From: Chiloscyllium plagiosum
Taxonomy: Eukaryota
Length of the DNA: 64,000 bases
Assembly: GCF_004010195.1 (NCBI RefSeq)
Contig: NC_057718.1
Span: 28,845,049-28,909,048 of the forward strand
Direction: 5' to 3'
The notes under the pieces are model-generated. The model had not been told where the DNA came from. It ran no database searches and saw only the letters and a list, made by a program, of their open reading frames with translations. Shown piece by piece: positions 25,938 through 37,819 of the stretch (positions within the stretch are counted from its first letter, which is position 1; each line of letters opens with the position of its first letter). A program made the translations under genes and the position numbers.

Positions 25938-25973
25938 ATTCCTGAAGAAGGGCCTGTGCCCGAAACGTCGAAT
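25938..25973 (+). ncRNA. Minimal type-I hammerhead ribozyme motif (intact)
   Basis: Stem I AUUC/GAAU, core CUGAAGA plus an extra A, stem II GGGC-CUGU-GCCC, GAAA, palindromic ACGU and a GUC cleavage triplet (predicted cut after 25969). Confidence 0.8.
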
Positions 25974-26294
25974 CTCCTGTTCCCTGGATGCTGCCTGACC
26001 TGCTGTGCTGTTCCAGCAATAAAGTTTCAACTTTGATCTCCAGCATCTGCAGACCTCACTTTCTCCCCATATCCCTCTAAACCCTTCCTATTCATATGCC
26101 CATCCAAATGCATTTTAAATGTTGTAATTGTACTAGCCTCTACCGCCTCCTCTGGCAGCTCATCACATTAAGTTTCATTAGTTTATCACAACTCATTTTG
26201 TATGCTCCTGCTTGGTTGCTTCTTCAGATTAGCTGACGTTCACAGACATCTGAAAATTTGAACTTCTGAACAGAAATGGTGCATTCCTTTGCTC

Positions 26295-27705
26295 AGTGTG
26301 AAGGTACAAATCTTCAAGGTAATTACAGAGGGGTGAAAACATCTTAAACTAGTTGTTATGGAGGTTTTAATTACCCAAATTCAGACAAGGACAGTGGTAG
26401 TATAAAGATGAACAATGAGCAAGTGTTCCTAGATTGTGTTTGGGAGAATTTTCCACAACAGTATGGGGCCAGTCCAGTAAGAAAGGAGCCAAGTGAGATG
26501 GGCCAAGTATAGCAAATACTTGGTCATCAAGTCATTCCTGATGAAGGGCTTTTGACCAAAGCATTGATTCTCCTGCTCCTCGGATGCTGCCTGACCTGCT
26601 GTGCTTTTCCAGCACCACACTCTTGTCTCTAATCTCCAGCATCTGCAGCCCTCACTTTCGTCAAGTGTAGCAAATGTCAGTGGGGGAGTATTTTGGGGAA
26701 CAGTGATCATTATAGCATAATCTTAGAATGATGGTGAAAAAAGGAAAAGGACATTCCAGAGTGAGAGTAATTAATCGCGGAAGAGCTGACTTTGATGGGG
26801 TAAAAAAGACTGGATAGAATTGAAAGAAAGGTTGGCAGGAAAAAGCTGTAATTGTACAATTGGCTACCTTCAAACCAGAAATGGTTATATTCTCACAAAA
26901 GGGCAAGGTAAGGCTAAAAACGGAAGATAGAGATCAAGATGAAGGAATGGGTTTATGATAGATGTCAGGTACAAAATATAATTGAGAACAAAGGTGAATA
27001 CGGAAAGTTCAGAAGAAACCTGGGTGTATATGTGCAAAAGTCATTAAAGGCGATAGGACAGGTAGAGCAAGTAGTCGCTAAATCTTACAATATTCTCAGT
27101 TTTATTAATAGAGACATAAAGTATAGGAACAAGGAGGTGATGCTGAACTTGTGTAAGACACTAGTTAGATGTCAGATTACATATTACATACATATTATGT
27201 ACATCATGTAAATTATGTTTGGGTGCCACACTTTAGGAAAGACGTGACCACATTGAAGAGACCACAGAAGGCATTTATGAGAATGGTTCAAGGGATGAGA
27301 AACTTTCATTATAACGAGAGTTTGGAGCAGGTAAGACTGCTTTCCTTGGAGAGGAGAAGGCTAAGTGGAGACTTGATAGAAGTTTTCAAAATCATGAAGG
27401 GGCTGGATAGCGTAAATAGAAAGAAGTTGTTCCCATTCATAAAAGAGTAGAGAAGGAGATGACACAGATTTAAGGTAAACCACAGAACAAAGTAAATGTG
27501 AGGTGAGAAAGATATTTTCATACAGCAGTTAGTTAGGCTCAGGAATGCACTGACTGGAAGTGTGGTGGAGGTGGGATTATTTGAAGTAGTCAAGAGGGCT
27601 CATGAGAAAAGACAGGAGAATGGCACTAAGTCAGAATGTTCATTCAGAAAGTTGGTGCAGACACAATGGCTGAACTGCCTCCTTCTGCACCGTACTAATT
27701 CTGTG
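26295..27705 (+). mobile_element. Internally deleted CR1 LINE
   Basis: Endonuclease-like GGFNYP/DSDH relics; NLGVYVQKSLK, LLSLERRRLSGDLIEVFKIMKGLD; 3' UTR. Confidence 0.88.
26533..26658 (+). mobile_element. Short Penelope terminal-repeat insertion (decayed hammerhead)
   Basis: cattcCTGATGAagggcttttgacc...ctccagcatctgcagccctcactttc; tcaagt on both sides. Confidence 0.85.
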
Positions 27706-28799
27706 ATGCTGTCATGTTCAGTAGTGTAGGTCAAAGTCCATTTGAAGTCCCAGCATAAATCCCTGACAATCTACAGCCATTGCTATCCCCAGTTCTGCCA
27801 CCACCCTCTTGAAAGTACATGCTGTCTCATATCTTTCAGCCAATTCCTTCTCCAGCTTAAATTTTACATTTAATTCAAATGACTTTAAACTAAAACAGCA
27901 TCCTTTGTTGCTAAGCATTAACTGCCTTCATATTAGGTTTAGCAGTTTACCAGGACAACTAGTATTGAGTCCAGGTTTTGCACAGCTAGCACCAAACTTA
28001 AAGTAAACTTGCTGAATGCTGGCTAAACTTTTTAAAACAACTTTTACTGACAGTAGAGAGTACAGCAAGTTTGTGGTTGCTGAGGACTCCATGAGACTCC
28101 TGTGTTGGAAGCCTGCTGCTCTGACATTGCCACTAAACTCAATGCAAAGGTAACAGTTGTCATAAAACTTCTCCATTGATTTGTGATCCTTCAAATACAG
28201 GCATTATATATAGCCAAACAAAGCAAGCAATCTTTCAAAAGGCAACTGAGTGAAGGACCAGCTAAGAGGTTTATTTAGCGGCAATGGTTGAGAAAAGATT
28301 GCTGACAAAGACCCCAGTGGGAATTGACACTTTTTTGTTCAATGACTAGACAGAATAATTTTATTTTCATTCAGACAGATAATAGCAGCCTCAATTTAGT
28401 GTTGTGTCAGGAATACAGCAGTGACAAGGGAGCACTCCCTCACTACAACACTAAAGTGACAGCTATCCTCAAGTCCTACACTAGTGTTAACCATTGAGCA
28501 ATGGCCAGGAGATGAAAGCTTGCCAGCACCAGCTCCTGCACTGCCAGGGATCAGTGGTCCTTAGGTTCAAATCATAGGAAAATTAGTTTTCCTTTTATAT
28601 TTCCTGTAGAGTTGGTCAACTGTATTTCTAAAACATTTTGTGTACGTTTTTGCAAAGTTTAATCATCTGTTCTATAAGATCCTGTTTCACTGTGGATTAT
28701 CTCTGAAACTCATGAGATTTGTCCTTGGTTAATATAACCCTTGGATTAGGCTCTGACCAATATAGCCTTGTTTCATTCAGTGAGCCCTACATTAACCAT

Positions 28800-31620
28800 G
28801 GAGAAAGGGCAAGGTCCACACTCATCTGAGTGAACATTAACAAACTTTATTAAACTTAATTATTTCCAAGTTATGGTAAGAAAAGACTTCTTCTGGAACT
28901 CTAAAGACTCAGGATCCAATTCCATGAGACCTAATGCCACTATGACAGAACTCCTTCAATAGAGACTGCTTAGCTGTACTTCGTATAAAGGTATAATTGA
29001 GCATTGTCTCCACATGCCAATCCCCACCTTTTAACCATTAGCATTTAACTCTATTCCCCTTCCTCTAAGCCAAAGCAGGTCTCTTTGACTTGAGACATTA
29101 ATCTATAACTACGTTCTCAGCTCTCTTGTAGAACTTATTGGTTGCAGGGATTGCTTGTCATCTCTGGGAGGGGGGGTTGAAAATGCCGAGTGGGGTGGCA
29201 ACTTCTCCATTGTCAAGAACATTTCTGGAACTCTATCAAAAAAGAGAAGTGCATTATTGTTGGCGAAGAAGTGGACCTCTGCACTCGGATCTATAAACCC
29301 TTTCTTTTTCGATGTCCAAGGTTTGACTTCATTGTGCAACTGTTACTAACTGGACTTTTAGGTTAGCAATCTCTAAATGACTCCGATTCTTGTTCAGCTT
29401 TGAGCTCCTCGAATTCCTTTTATGCTGATTTTAAACTGCAACAAAATATTTTATGCTCAACTTTATGTTTTGCCCAGGCACCTCTAGGACTTTATGTTTT
29501 GCCCAGGCACCTCTAGGATTTTATGTTTTGCCCAGGCACCTCTAGGATCTCTGTAGTTTGATCTTCTTCCTCTTTGCTGAGAAAAGCCTTGAGTACTTAC
29601 ACGGATTATTGATGGGACTCAACTGTAGATTTCAGCTGGCGGTTTTGCAGACTCCTAGTGTCTGAATGTTCAATGATCATTTGTTGTTGGTGCTGTCCCT
29701 TTATATGTCACAGCATCTACAGTTTGTGGTGGTTCAGTGCACTTAGTCTGCAAAACTAGCTGGTCTTTTACCTTCAGTTAAGTTTTCTGAAATCTTTGCC
29801 AAGGTTCTTGTCATCTCAAACAGGAATTGCACTTTGCTTTTTCGATAAGAGTTCCAGAAATGTTCTTGTCTGTGGAGAAGTTGTCACTGAGATGCAGTTG
29901 ACAGCTGCTGGAATTTTAAGTCATCTTTCTGCTTTCCTTTCAATCTCCAGACTTTATCACAGGGACAGATTATTTCATCTTATTGTGGTTGCTGGTACTA
30001 TCACTGTTTTTGTATGTCCTCAGTGAGGACAGTGGAATAAACTGACAATTTCACCTCTTGGTTACCACGTTCATCAAAGGGTGATTCTCCTCAAAAGAGT
30101 GAGCAGAGCCTTTTCAAATGGAGCATCTGAATCTGAAGCTACAGGAAGGTTCAAGATCACAAATTCATTTAAACTAATAGCAGGGCTGCTAACTTCATTC
30201 TGTGTCATTAGATCCTGAAAGAGCAAACTAAGACCTCACATGCTTTCTTGTGACTGATTACCTACAGCTTTAAAGCCTTTTTGCCCCACTAACTAGGGCT
30301 TTTGGCTTGAAAGAACTGAAAGATCTGTGCTATCTTCCAGTGGTCCTTGTGATGGATGAAGGTTCTGTACTGGAGTCAGGGCTCACTGAGTCAACTTCAG
30401 TCTGTCCAGCAACAGCTAAGCAAGGTTTAAAACTAAACAGGCATCCCCATTTAAGAAAGAAGCAGATTGATTAGGAATGATATGTAGGATTTCTCTTCCA
30501 TTTAAGTATAGGTTTCATCTGCCCTCCAATTCTGATTTTAAAAAATCCTGTAACACAAAATTGAATGGAAGTTGTTCAAAGGACCTCTGGCCTCAGCCAT
30601 GGCTCTGCATCTGAAAGAATTGATGCATTTACCCTGTATCCAATATAAAATGACTTTTCTTGGCATTATCTATGATCTCTGAAAATCGCAATTTACATTG
30701 CACCTCAGCACAATCAGGAGAATCGCAATCTAGCAGCGGACTTGTACTACCTCACGGGATGAACTCATCCTGCCCTTCCATGCCCTTTGCTGCAAGCACA
30801 CCTACACACTACTGTGGTCTGTGGTTTGTGCTGTTGCATTGCTGCTGCTGCTGTGATATGGCCTCTCTCTTGGCATTCACAATCGATATTCCCTGCATGG
30901 CCCGTCAGTGTGCTGAAACCTAACTTCCATTTCCAGAAGCTGCTGTCAGGCCGAGACCTCAAACATCAATGCAACCACACGAGGAATGAGAGCAAACACA
31001 ACTCATAATCCTGTTTAAAACTGGCTGGGCTGGGATTCTGCCAATGACGTTCCTTAAGGGCATTGATCACCCCCTGTTCAGCTACTTGCTTTCTGTTGGT
31101 GAATTTCTGAGTTTCTGCCCCTGTGTGCTAATTCCTCTCATCAATGATACAATTTCAGTGAAAGTGGCCAGTGCTTTTACCATATTCCCTGCCATAGGCT
31201 TGTTTTTAGACTTTATCAGCTTTTGGGTGGGCTGTACCCCTCTGTGGCTTGGTATCTTGAAGTCCATTGTTTGCAGCTTCCTTTTGACGCTGAACTTATC
31301 TTCAGATCCTTACCCTATTTCTGGAATCAGATCTTTCTACTGGTCTCGTTCATCACCGGCAACATGTAGTGTCACTGGGTTTCACTTCAGCTGCTCCTTG
31401 CTACTTACACCCGGTTACGTAAGCCTGGTCACTGCTACAACCATGAGATCCATGTTTGTCTGAGTGAACATTACTCACAAGCTTTATTAAATGTAATTAT
31501 TTATGAGACATTTGAGAAATGACATTGTCTGGAAACCTGCAAACCTGAGCACCAGTTCCATGTGATCCGACAAATATTCTTAAAGGTCTAATGAACTTTT
31601 TACTGCACTACATGTGCAGC
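28800..31620 (-). mobile_element. Putative decayed LTR retroelement relic
   Basis: Diverged direct repeats (~28815-28930 vs ~31445-31570), each with minus-strand AATAAA. PBS-like TGGTTGTAGCAGTG next to the upstream copy, PPT-like AAAAGGTGGGGA at ~29022-29033, and a zinc-knuckle-like CECQERGH at 30881-30858. Confidence 0.4.
29462..29548. repeat. 3 x 29-bp tandem repeat
   Basis: tttatgttttgcccaggcacctctagga(c/t) occurs three times, near-perfect. Confidence 0.97.
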
Positions 31621-32519
31621 ACTACTTCACCCTCCAGGTTCTGCCTTGTTCCACAAGATCCTGTTTTGCATTCTGGGCCTAGACATATGAGCCAGTCCTC
31701 TGATCCAAACGGCAGATCCTTTGCAAGTCTTAGCTCAGTACACAGTTTAGATTGTATTAGTTCACAAATGTAAATGATTGGGCAAATGTAAATGATGTAG
31801 TCTCACTGCATTGAGATCGATAGAAATTATTAGCAAGATATAAGGAGCAATGTATGACTTATTTGACCATTAGATTAAATGAAGGAAACATGTAATTTGC
31901 ATAATATATTGGTAATCTGATTCTAAATTTCAAAGAGAAACAATTTCATGTTTATGCTTGAAGTTGAACATGTTTGCCTTCATATGATTCAATTTGATAT
32001 CTTCATTTACACAGAAACATCCAGGAGTATTTTCTAAAACTCTGAGGTAATGCCAGAATATCGTTCTCACCTTCTCAAAAGCAACGATGGATGGGCAATA
32101 AATGTTGGCCCAGTCAGCAATGTTTTCACCCCATAATGAATACATAAAGAAATTATCTATGCTGACATTTACAGGATGCACACCTTTCCAGAAACTGAAC
32201 TGGTAGTTTGATACTAAGTAGGGAAGAAAATCTACTAAAACCATAAAATAACCTGAGGGCATATTCACCAACAAAGCTATCTCTTTCCAACCTCTGAATG
32301 CTTTATAATCTTGGCTAAATGACAGAATACAGAGAAAAGTCTTGTTAGACAGGTTTTAATTCCAAGTACCATCAAGGGCTAATTTTAATTTTAGATAATG
32401 ACAAAGCATGTGAGGAAACAGATCATTGACTGTTGATGCACTCCTTCCTCAATCTTTATTTCCATTAAAGGCAAAAAAAAGGATCTACCCATTTTCTACC
32501 ATCATCAAAAATCAGTCAT

Positions 32520-32905
32520 AAGCTGCACTCCAGAGACTCAAGCACATTATCTAAACTGATAGTTCAGTATAGTACCGAGGAATAATATTCCTCTGGAGAT
32601 ACTGTCTTTCAGATTAGATGTTAAACTGAGATCCTGTTTATCCTTTCAGGTAAAAGTAGAAAATCCCATTACAGTGCTCCACGAAGAACAGATGTCTCAG
32701 TAACCCTGCAAATATTTATCAATAAAATTAATGATATGTTATTAACCTCATTGATATTTATGGGATCTTGTTAGGTATAAATTGACTCCTCCAAAAACAA
32801 TGTCACGACAATGATTACTTTTAAAAACTACTCCTTTCGCTGTGATGAGCTTTGCGACATTCTCAGGTTGTGAAAGAAGCTATTCATATGCAAATTCTTT
32901 CTCTT
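32520..32905 (+). mobile_element. Deu-domain SINE (SacSINE1/AmnSINE-like)
   Basis: Deu-domain-like ctgatagttcagtatagtaccgagg...ctttcagattagatgttaaactgag; L2-type tail gctattcatatgcaaattctttc. Confidence 0.65.
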
Positions 32906-33919
32906 CAGAATCAACAAATAATTCCATTGCTAACCAGTTGATTATTTTGGCTTGCTCCTCTCACTAGTAAGATAGTGCTATTAATGAATGCGTTGATGAC
33001 TTACTCTTGACTGCTGTTGGCACATGCTCAAATGCTATGAAACTTTTAAAGATACGTTACAATATTGTGTTCAAATTAATGCGATATATTTACAGTCAGG
33101 AGAGAAATCAAAACCTTCATCATATGGAATAGAAGATAAATGCAAACTGCACCATTGGCTGCCATGATAAGGCCACCTTGCCAGAAGGTCAAGAGAAACT
33201 ACTGCTCTTGTACCACCACCAAGAATGAGTAACCTTAATGTCCTTCTCCAGAATGCATTGTATATGTACACATCAAACTCAAACCAATAGGAGCAGATTC
33301 ACAACAATGAAGATATGAGTCATCATCGATTCTTTTCGAAACTTTTACACTTATATTCCTAACTCTCACACTAAGAATCGTCCACATCATTATATAGACG
33401 TATAGAATCCCATTTCACTATTTGAATAAGATCAGAGGAATTCACCCAGTATCTTGGTCAACATTCATCACTCACTCAATATCAGCAAGATGTATTAATC
33501 AAAATTCCCTTGTCCTTTATAGCATCTTCCGAGTTCCTTCACTTCCCCCAGGACCAAACATGGCCATACTATGAGAGTAACATCTGTGACAATGAAGCCC
33601 CAGAGTAGGACTCAAATCTAGATCTTCTGGTTCAGAGGTAGGGACTTTGCCCCATATACCGCAATGCTTCCTAATTCATAGAAAACTCTTATGAAGACAA
33701 CTGTAGTTTTTTTGCCTCCACCATAAACTCAGAAAGGGGCAACCCTTTATTTAATGTTTTCTAACTTCCAATTCTGACCTTATTTAATTATGAATTGCAG
33801 TGACAATAGGTCTCCCAAACAAGATGCTTCTATTGTCTTGCATTTAAAATCTTCAATCTCCATGTAAAGTTATATTTCTAAACCATATGAATCATTATAT
33901 TTTCTGACAGTTTTCTACC

Positions 33920-34595
33920 AACTTCATCTCTCTCCCTGACAATGGTATGAACCTAAATCAATCTGTTCACAACATCGATGTCATATTTGAGCTTCTGACC
34001 ACTTTCCACACTGTCACTAAGATCACTTTTTCCTGCCTCTGTAATTTCAAGTGAATTCATTCCCACCAAAGTTTATTTGCTGCTGAAACACTCATCTATG
34101 CCTTTGTTCCCCCTAGACCTCACATGCAATCATGGTTTACTGACCATATTCTCCCCTTTATAAACATCAGGATACCCAAAATTCTGCCAACTTGCACCAT
34201 ATCTCATTTACCTCTGTTCCCTGATCTACATTGGCTCCTGGTCAAGGTGACATCTTGATCTTAAAATTCTCATCCTTTTTTTCACTTCCTTCTTTGACTT
34301 CAGTCCTCTCTGGTCTCTGCAATCTCCTCCAGCCCCACAACGTTCTGAAATATCTAGCTTCTTGACCATTCCCTCCCCGATTTTAATTGCTTCCCCATTG
34401 CTGATCCCATTCTCAGGAATTGTATCCCTAAAACTCCCTAATCGTCTCTCTGCTTACATCATACTTGTTAGAACCTATCTCTTTAACCAAGTCTTTGTCC
34501 TCATAATGCCTAATGTAGTTAGGCATTTAATAACATTCCCACTAGGCACCAAGACATTTTATTATGTTCAAAGCACTATATAATTATCGACTGTT
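33920..34595 (+). mobile_element. Old L2-like LINE 3' relic
   Basis: ctgaaacactcatctatgcctttgt...ctacattggctcc...aaaattctc motifs. Confidence 0.6.
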
Positions 34596-35734
34596 TGTTG
34601 TTGTTGGAAGGTTCTAAAAAGTAAGTCCCTCTTTCAGCATCAATGTTGCTCATAGCAGAGCTAGGACAAAAGCATTATTCTGATTCAGCATTAACTGACA
34701 CTCATCTGGTGGTCTACCTCAGAAAGGCCAGATTGCGAGAAAAGGGTGTGTATGTGTGGATTTGGCATTCAAACTCTGTTTACTGTGCTGTTGTGCAAAG
34801 TAAAGTGAACTTTTTTATGCATGCAGCCATGTTAAATCTATTCTAATCTATCAGATATAGATGCTGGGCTCCATAAATAACAATCTGTTCTGTAGCTCCT
34901 TCTCTCCCCTTCCAATCCCCAGTGCCTCGCCATGTCAAAATGCCTTGTTGCTAATTGTCTGTTCTTCCCCAACCTTCTCCCAGTTGCCCCTACTGTTTAA
35001 CCCTGCTTCGTTGCCCAGAAACATGCAGCAGATGTCTACATCTTGCTAGTCTTACTTATCTGAGGCTTGAAGTCAAATCTCATCAAGCCCAGGGAACATT
35101 AGATTGGCCAATATGATTTAAATAAAGCCTGAGGCCTAATATCAGGTGGGCTCAAACTTGCCCCTGACTAGCGGAGGGAATGCTTGCTGCTTCTGGTTTG
35201 TGCCAATATTAATCAATTGCACCCCCATGATAGTGACTCAAAATCGAATATTGTCTTGAAAACCAGTTGCATGGGGTTAAGGAAAGTTGTACTGATTGAT
35301 AATCAAATGGACCAGGCAAGGTGATCCCTGCTGATAACTGATTTGTGCTGACTACCAGTGAATTGACAGTAATCATCCCAATCTTTTTTCCTGCATCTTT
35401 TCCTGCCTTCCTGCCCCCTCCTTCATCAGGCTCACATCTCATGTTTCCTGAACAAAGGTTTATGCAATTTCAGTCACCATAAACTGAGCTAATTTGGGTC
35501 ACTTTGAATTTTCACCGTAACTATGGGCCTGAACCAATGCACGTTACTAGGAAAATGTCAGAACCCCTGCAAGGTTCATGAGCAGCCTCCGGCATGTCTA
35601 CGCCTTCCAGTGTTTAATCTTTGGTTAGCCTGGGAAGAGGTGACTGCGTAGGCCTTCACTGTATCCATCTGGGGGCTGCCAATCACACCTTCCACACAGC
35701 AGATGATAGATGGTGTACAGCATCACATAGTCAC

Positions 35735-36180
35735 CCCCGGTGATCCTGATCCTGGTCCCTGGTCTTTAACACTTCATAACAGTGATCCTTATACCAGGCT
35801 TCAACACTTCAGTATGGTGATCCCAATCCCAGTCTTTAACACCTCAGTGCAGTGATCCTGTTCCATATCCTGATCTTTAACACCTCAGGGTGACAATTCC
35901 AATCCCACTCTTTAACACCACAGTGCAGTGATCCCAATCCCGGTCTTTAACACCTCAGTGCAGCGATCCCAATCACAATATCTTGTTTAACACCTCAGTG
36001 GAGTGATCCCAGTGTTAATCCCAGTCTTTAACATCTCAGTGGATTGATCCCAATCCTGATCCAAGTCTTTAACACCTCAGTGTGGTGATCTCAATCCCAG
36101 TCTTTAACACCTCAGTACAATTGATCCCATTCCTTATCCTGATCTTTAACATCTCAGGGCAGCCATCCCGATCCCAGTCT
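35735..36180. repeat. Minisatellite, ~11 units of 35-42 bp
   Basis: Recurrent ctttaacacctcagtgcagtgatcccaatcccag with a variable number of 6-bp (g/a)atccc subunits. Confidence 0.92.
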
Positions 36181-36266
36181 GAAATCATCCAATTAGTGGT
36201 TTGAAAGTGTACAATCCTCTGGTTGGACCAACACAAATGTGCTTCTATGTAGAAGTGACCACTCAC

Positions 36267-36368
36267 CTTGCCTCTGTAGACAAAGGCCAGTCTTTGGCCA
36301 AGTTCCTTGACCTGGTCAACTTCTGATGAAATCTTCATCATGATGTCATCGCCTTCAGTTTATAAGGC
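36267..36368 (-). other. Unassigned candidate exon
   Basis: Acceptor CTTTGATCACAG|G and consensus donor CAAG|GTGAGT. All three frames carry a stop, but MMKISSEVDQVKELGQRLAFVYRGK is open from 36341. Confidence 0.2.
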
Positions 36369-36699
36369 CTGTGATCAAAGTGTAAAGGACCAACTGCCTG
36401 TGTGTTTCATGGCACTCCAGGGGCCGCCATGTCGTAGAAACCATACACAGATCACCACCTAGTTGGGGCAGAGCTCACCCCATTCTATGCCTGGCTCAGG
36501 TTGGCATGCTGGCACGTTTACAATCTGCTGCTGGCGTATGAGCAGTTCCAGGATCCATTCCATTTGTTCTAGACCAGTTAGAGAAGGAAGCAGGGAAAAC
36601 CTTCCCCTTCTTACTGCTATGGTGGGACTTGGACAAGACTCACATCAGTGCCTTCTATGAGGGGTACATGATGGGGTCAACAAAGAGGTAGAAGGGGGG

Positions 36700-37480
36700 G
36701 AGGGCGGGCAGGAGATGCACAAAAAGAGGAAGGCTGCGTTCTGGGCCTTGAATCTCATTGGCTCCCACTTCTTCTGTTCACAGGGCCCAACAGCAGCTGC
36801 TCAAGCTCCCTTGTCTCAGATCCAGAGGGAATGGAATCAGGGTCCAGCTCTTGGCCTATTACAGGGCTCTCCTCTCTGCATCTGTCCAATGAGGAGGCTG
36901 GCAGAGTTTTGTGGGAGAACCTGTTGCAGGTCAGTGTGAGGGACACCAGGGATGCTCGCCACTCCTGTCCTGTTAGTGCAGCTGACCCAGCTTCTACCTT
37001 TTACCCAGCTCTCGAGGGGCACGTCCCCGGGGCTAGAGTTTCTCGGTGTGCTCTGGGGCATGAGTACACATGGCTCCAGGAGGATTGTTTTGCTGCTGGT
37101 GAACTGGCCCTTTCTTGGCACAGCATGGTCATTGTGCTGCAGCTGAAGGAAGGGGACATTCATTTACCTAGGACCTGGTATCCACTCTCCCTCCTCAGCA
37201 TGGATCACAAAATCTTGTGTTGTCATTCCACCTGGGATCTGTGCTAGACCACATGATCCACCCTGACATTCTGTCCTGGGCCGGAAGATCCACGACAGTA
37301 TCCATCTGGTCTGGGTTTTTCCCAGAGGACTGGTATGTCATGTCCCTCGATCAGGAGAAGGAGTTTGTCAGAATGGATCATGAGATTCCGGTTCAGTATG
37401 GGGTTCACCACCTGGATCTGGTTTGTCTTCACCGCTGCAGAGAGTCTGATTAAAGTTAGCGAGGAGTGCAACAGGACTGC
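36700..37480 (+). mobile_element. Decayed Tx1/L1-clade ORF2 (RT) fragment
   Basis: Peptides GELALSW...KEGD...WYPLSLLSMDHKIL, MIHPD...GRS, SLDQEKEFVRMDHE and AAESLIKV are degenerate Tx1 RT motifs. Confidence 0.8.
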
Positions 37481-37819
37481 CCCTTTGTGGTGGCTGGATT
37501 TCTTGCTGGAGGGGTTATGGGCATTTATCTAGAGCACCACCATCTTTTCTATCCAGGGGTTCCCTTCGCCTGGCTGAAGAAGCCTAGCTGATGAATTTGC
37601 AGGAACTGGAGGCTGAAGAGTCCACTCGCCTAGGCCACTGGACAGGACTGCTCTGAGTGCTAACACACAGAGGCCGTACGCTGGTCATAAACCAATGGGT
37701 GGTCTCCATGCTGTGGTTCCAGCTGGTCCTTTTGATCCCTCCTCCAGCTTTTGTCACAAATATCCAGACAATATTGGTTCACTTCTTCTGAGGCAAGAAG
37801 ATGCAGTGGGTCACAGCGG

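Larger units (their letters stand above)
25024..26065 (+). mobile_element. Young 5'-truncated Penelope-like insertion with inverted terminal repeat and captured DNA
   Basis: 16-bp TSD cccatatccctctaaa at 25008-25023 and 26066-26081. GIY-YIG C-terminal relic EEERLIFRLGTLQPQGMN; 207-bp inverted repeat at 25021-25227 and 25828-26034. Confidence 0.92.
24905..26163 (-). mobile_element. CR1 3' fragment interrupted by a composite Penelope insertion
   Basis: Same CR1 3' UTR as 4269-4567; it resumes after the TSD at 26081. Confidence 0.88.

Noticed and set aside
33233..33271. NAFWRRTLR as a candidate STPG4 upstream exon
   Set aside because: The donor would be in the wrong phase for the phase-0 exon at 777, and there is no clear acceptor.
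35735..36180. Regularly spaced repeats resembling a CRISPR array
   Set aside because: Eukaryotic context; the intervening sequences are mutually homologous rather than unique spacers, and there are no cas genes.
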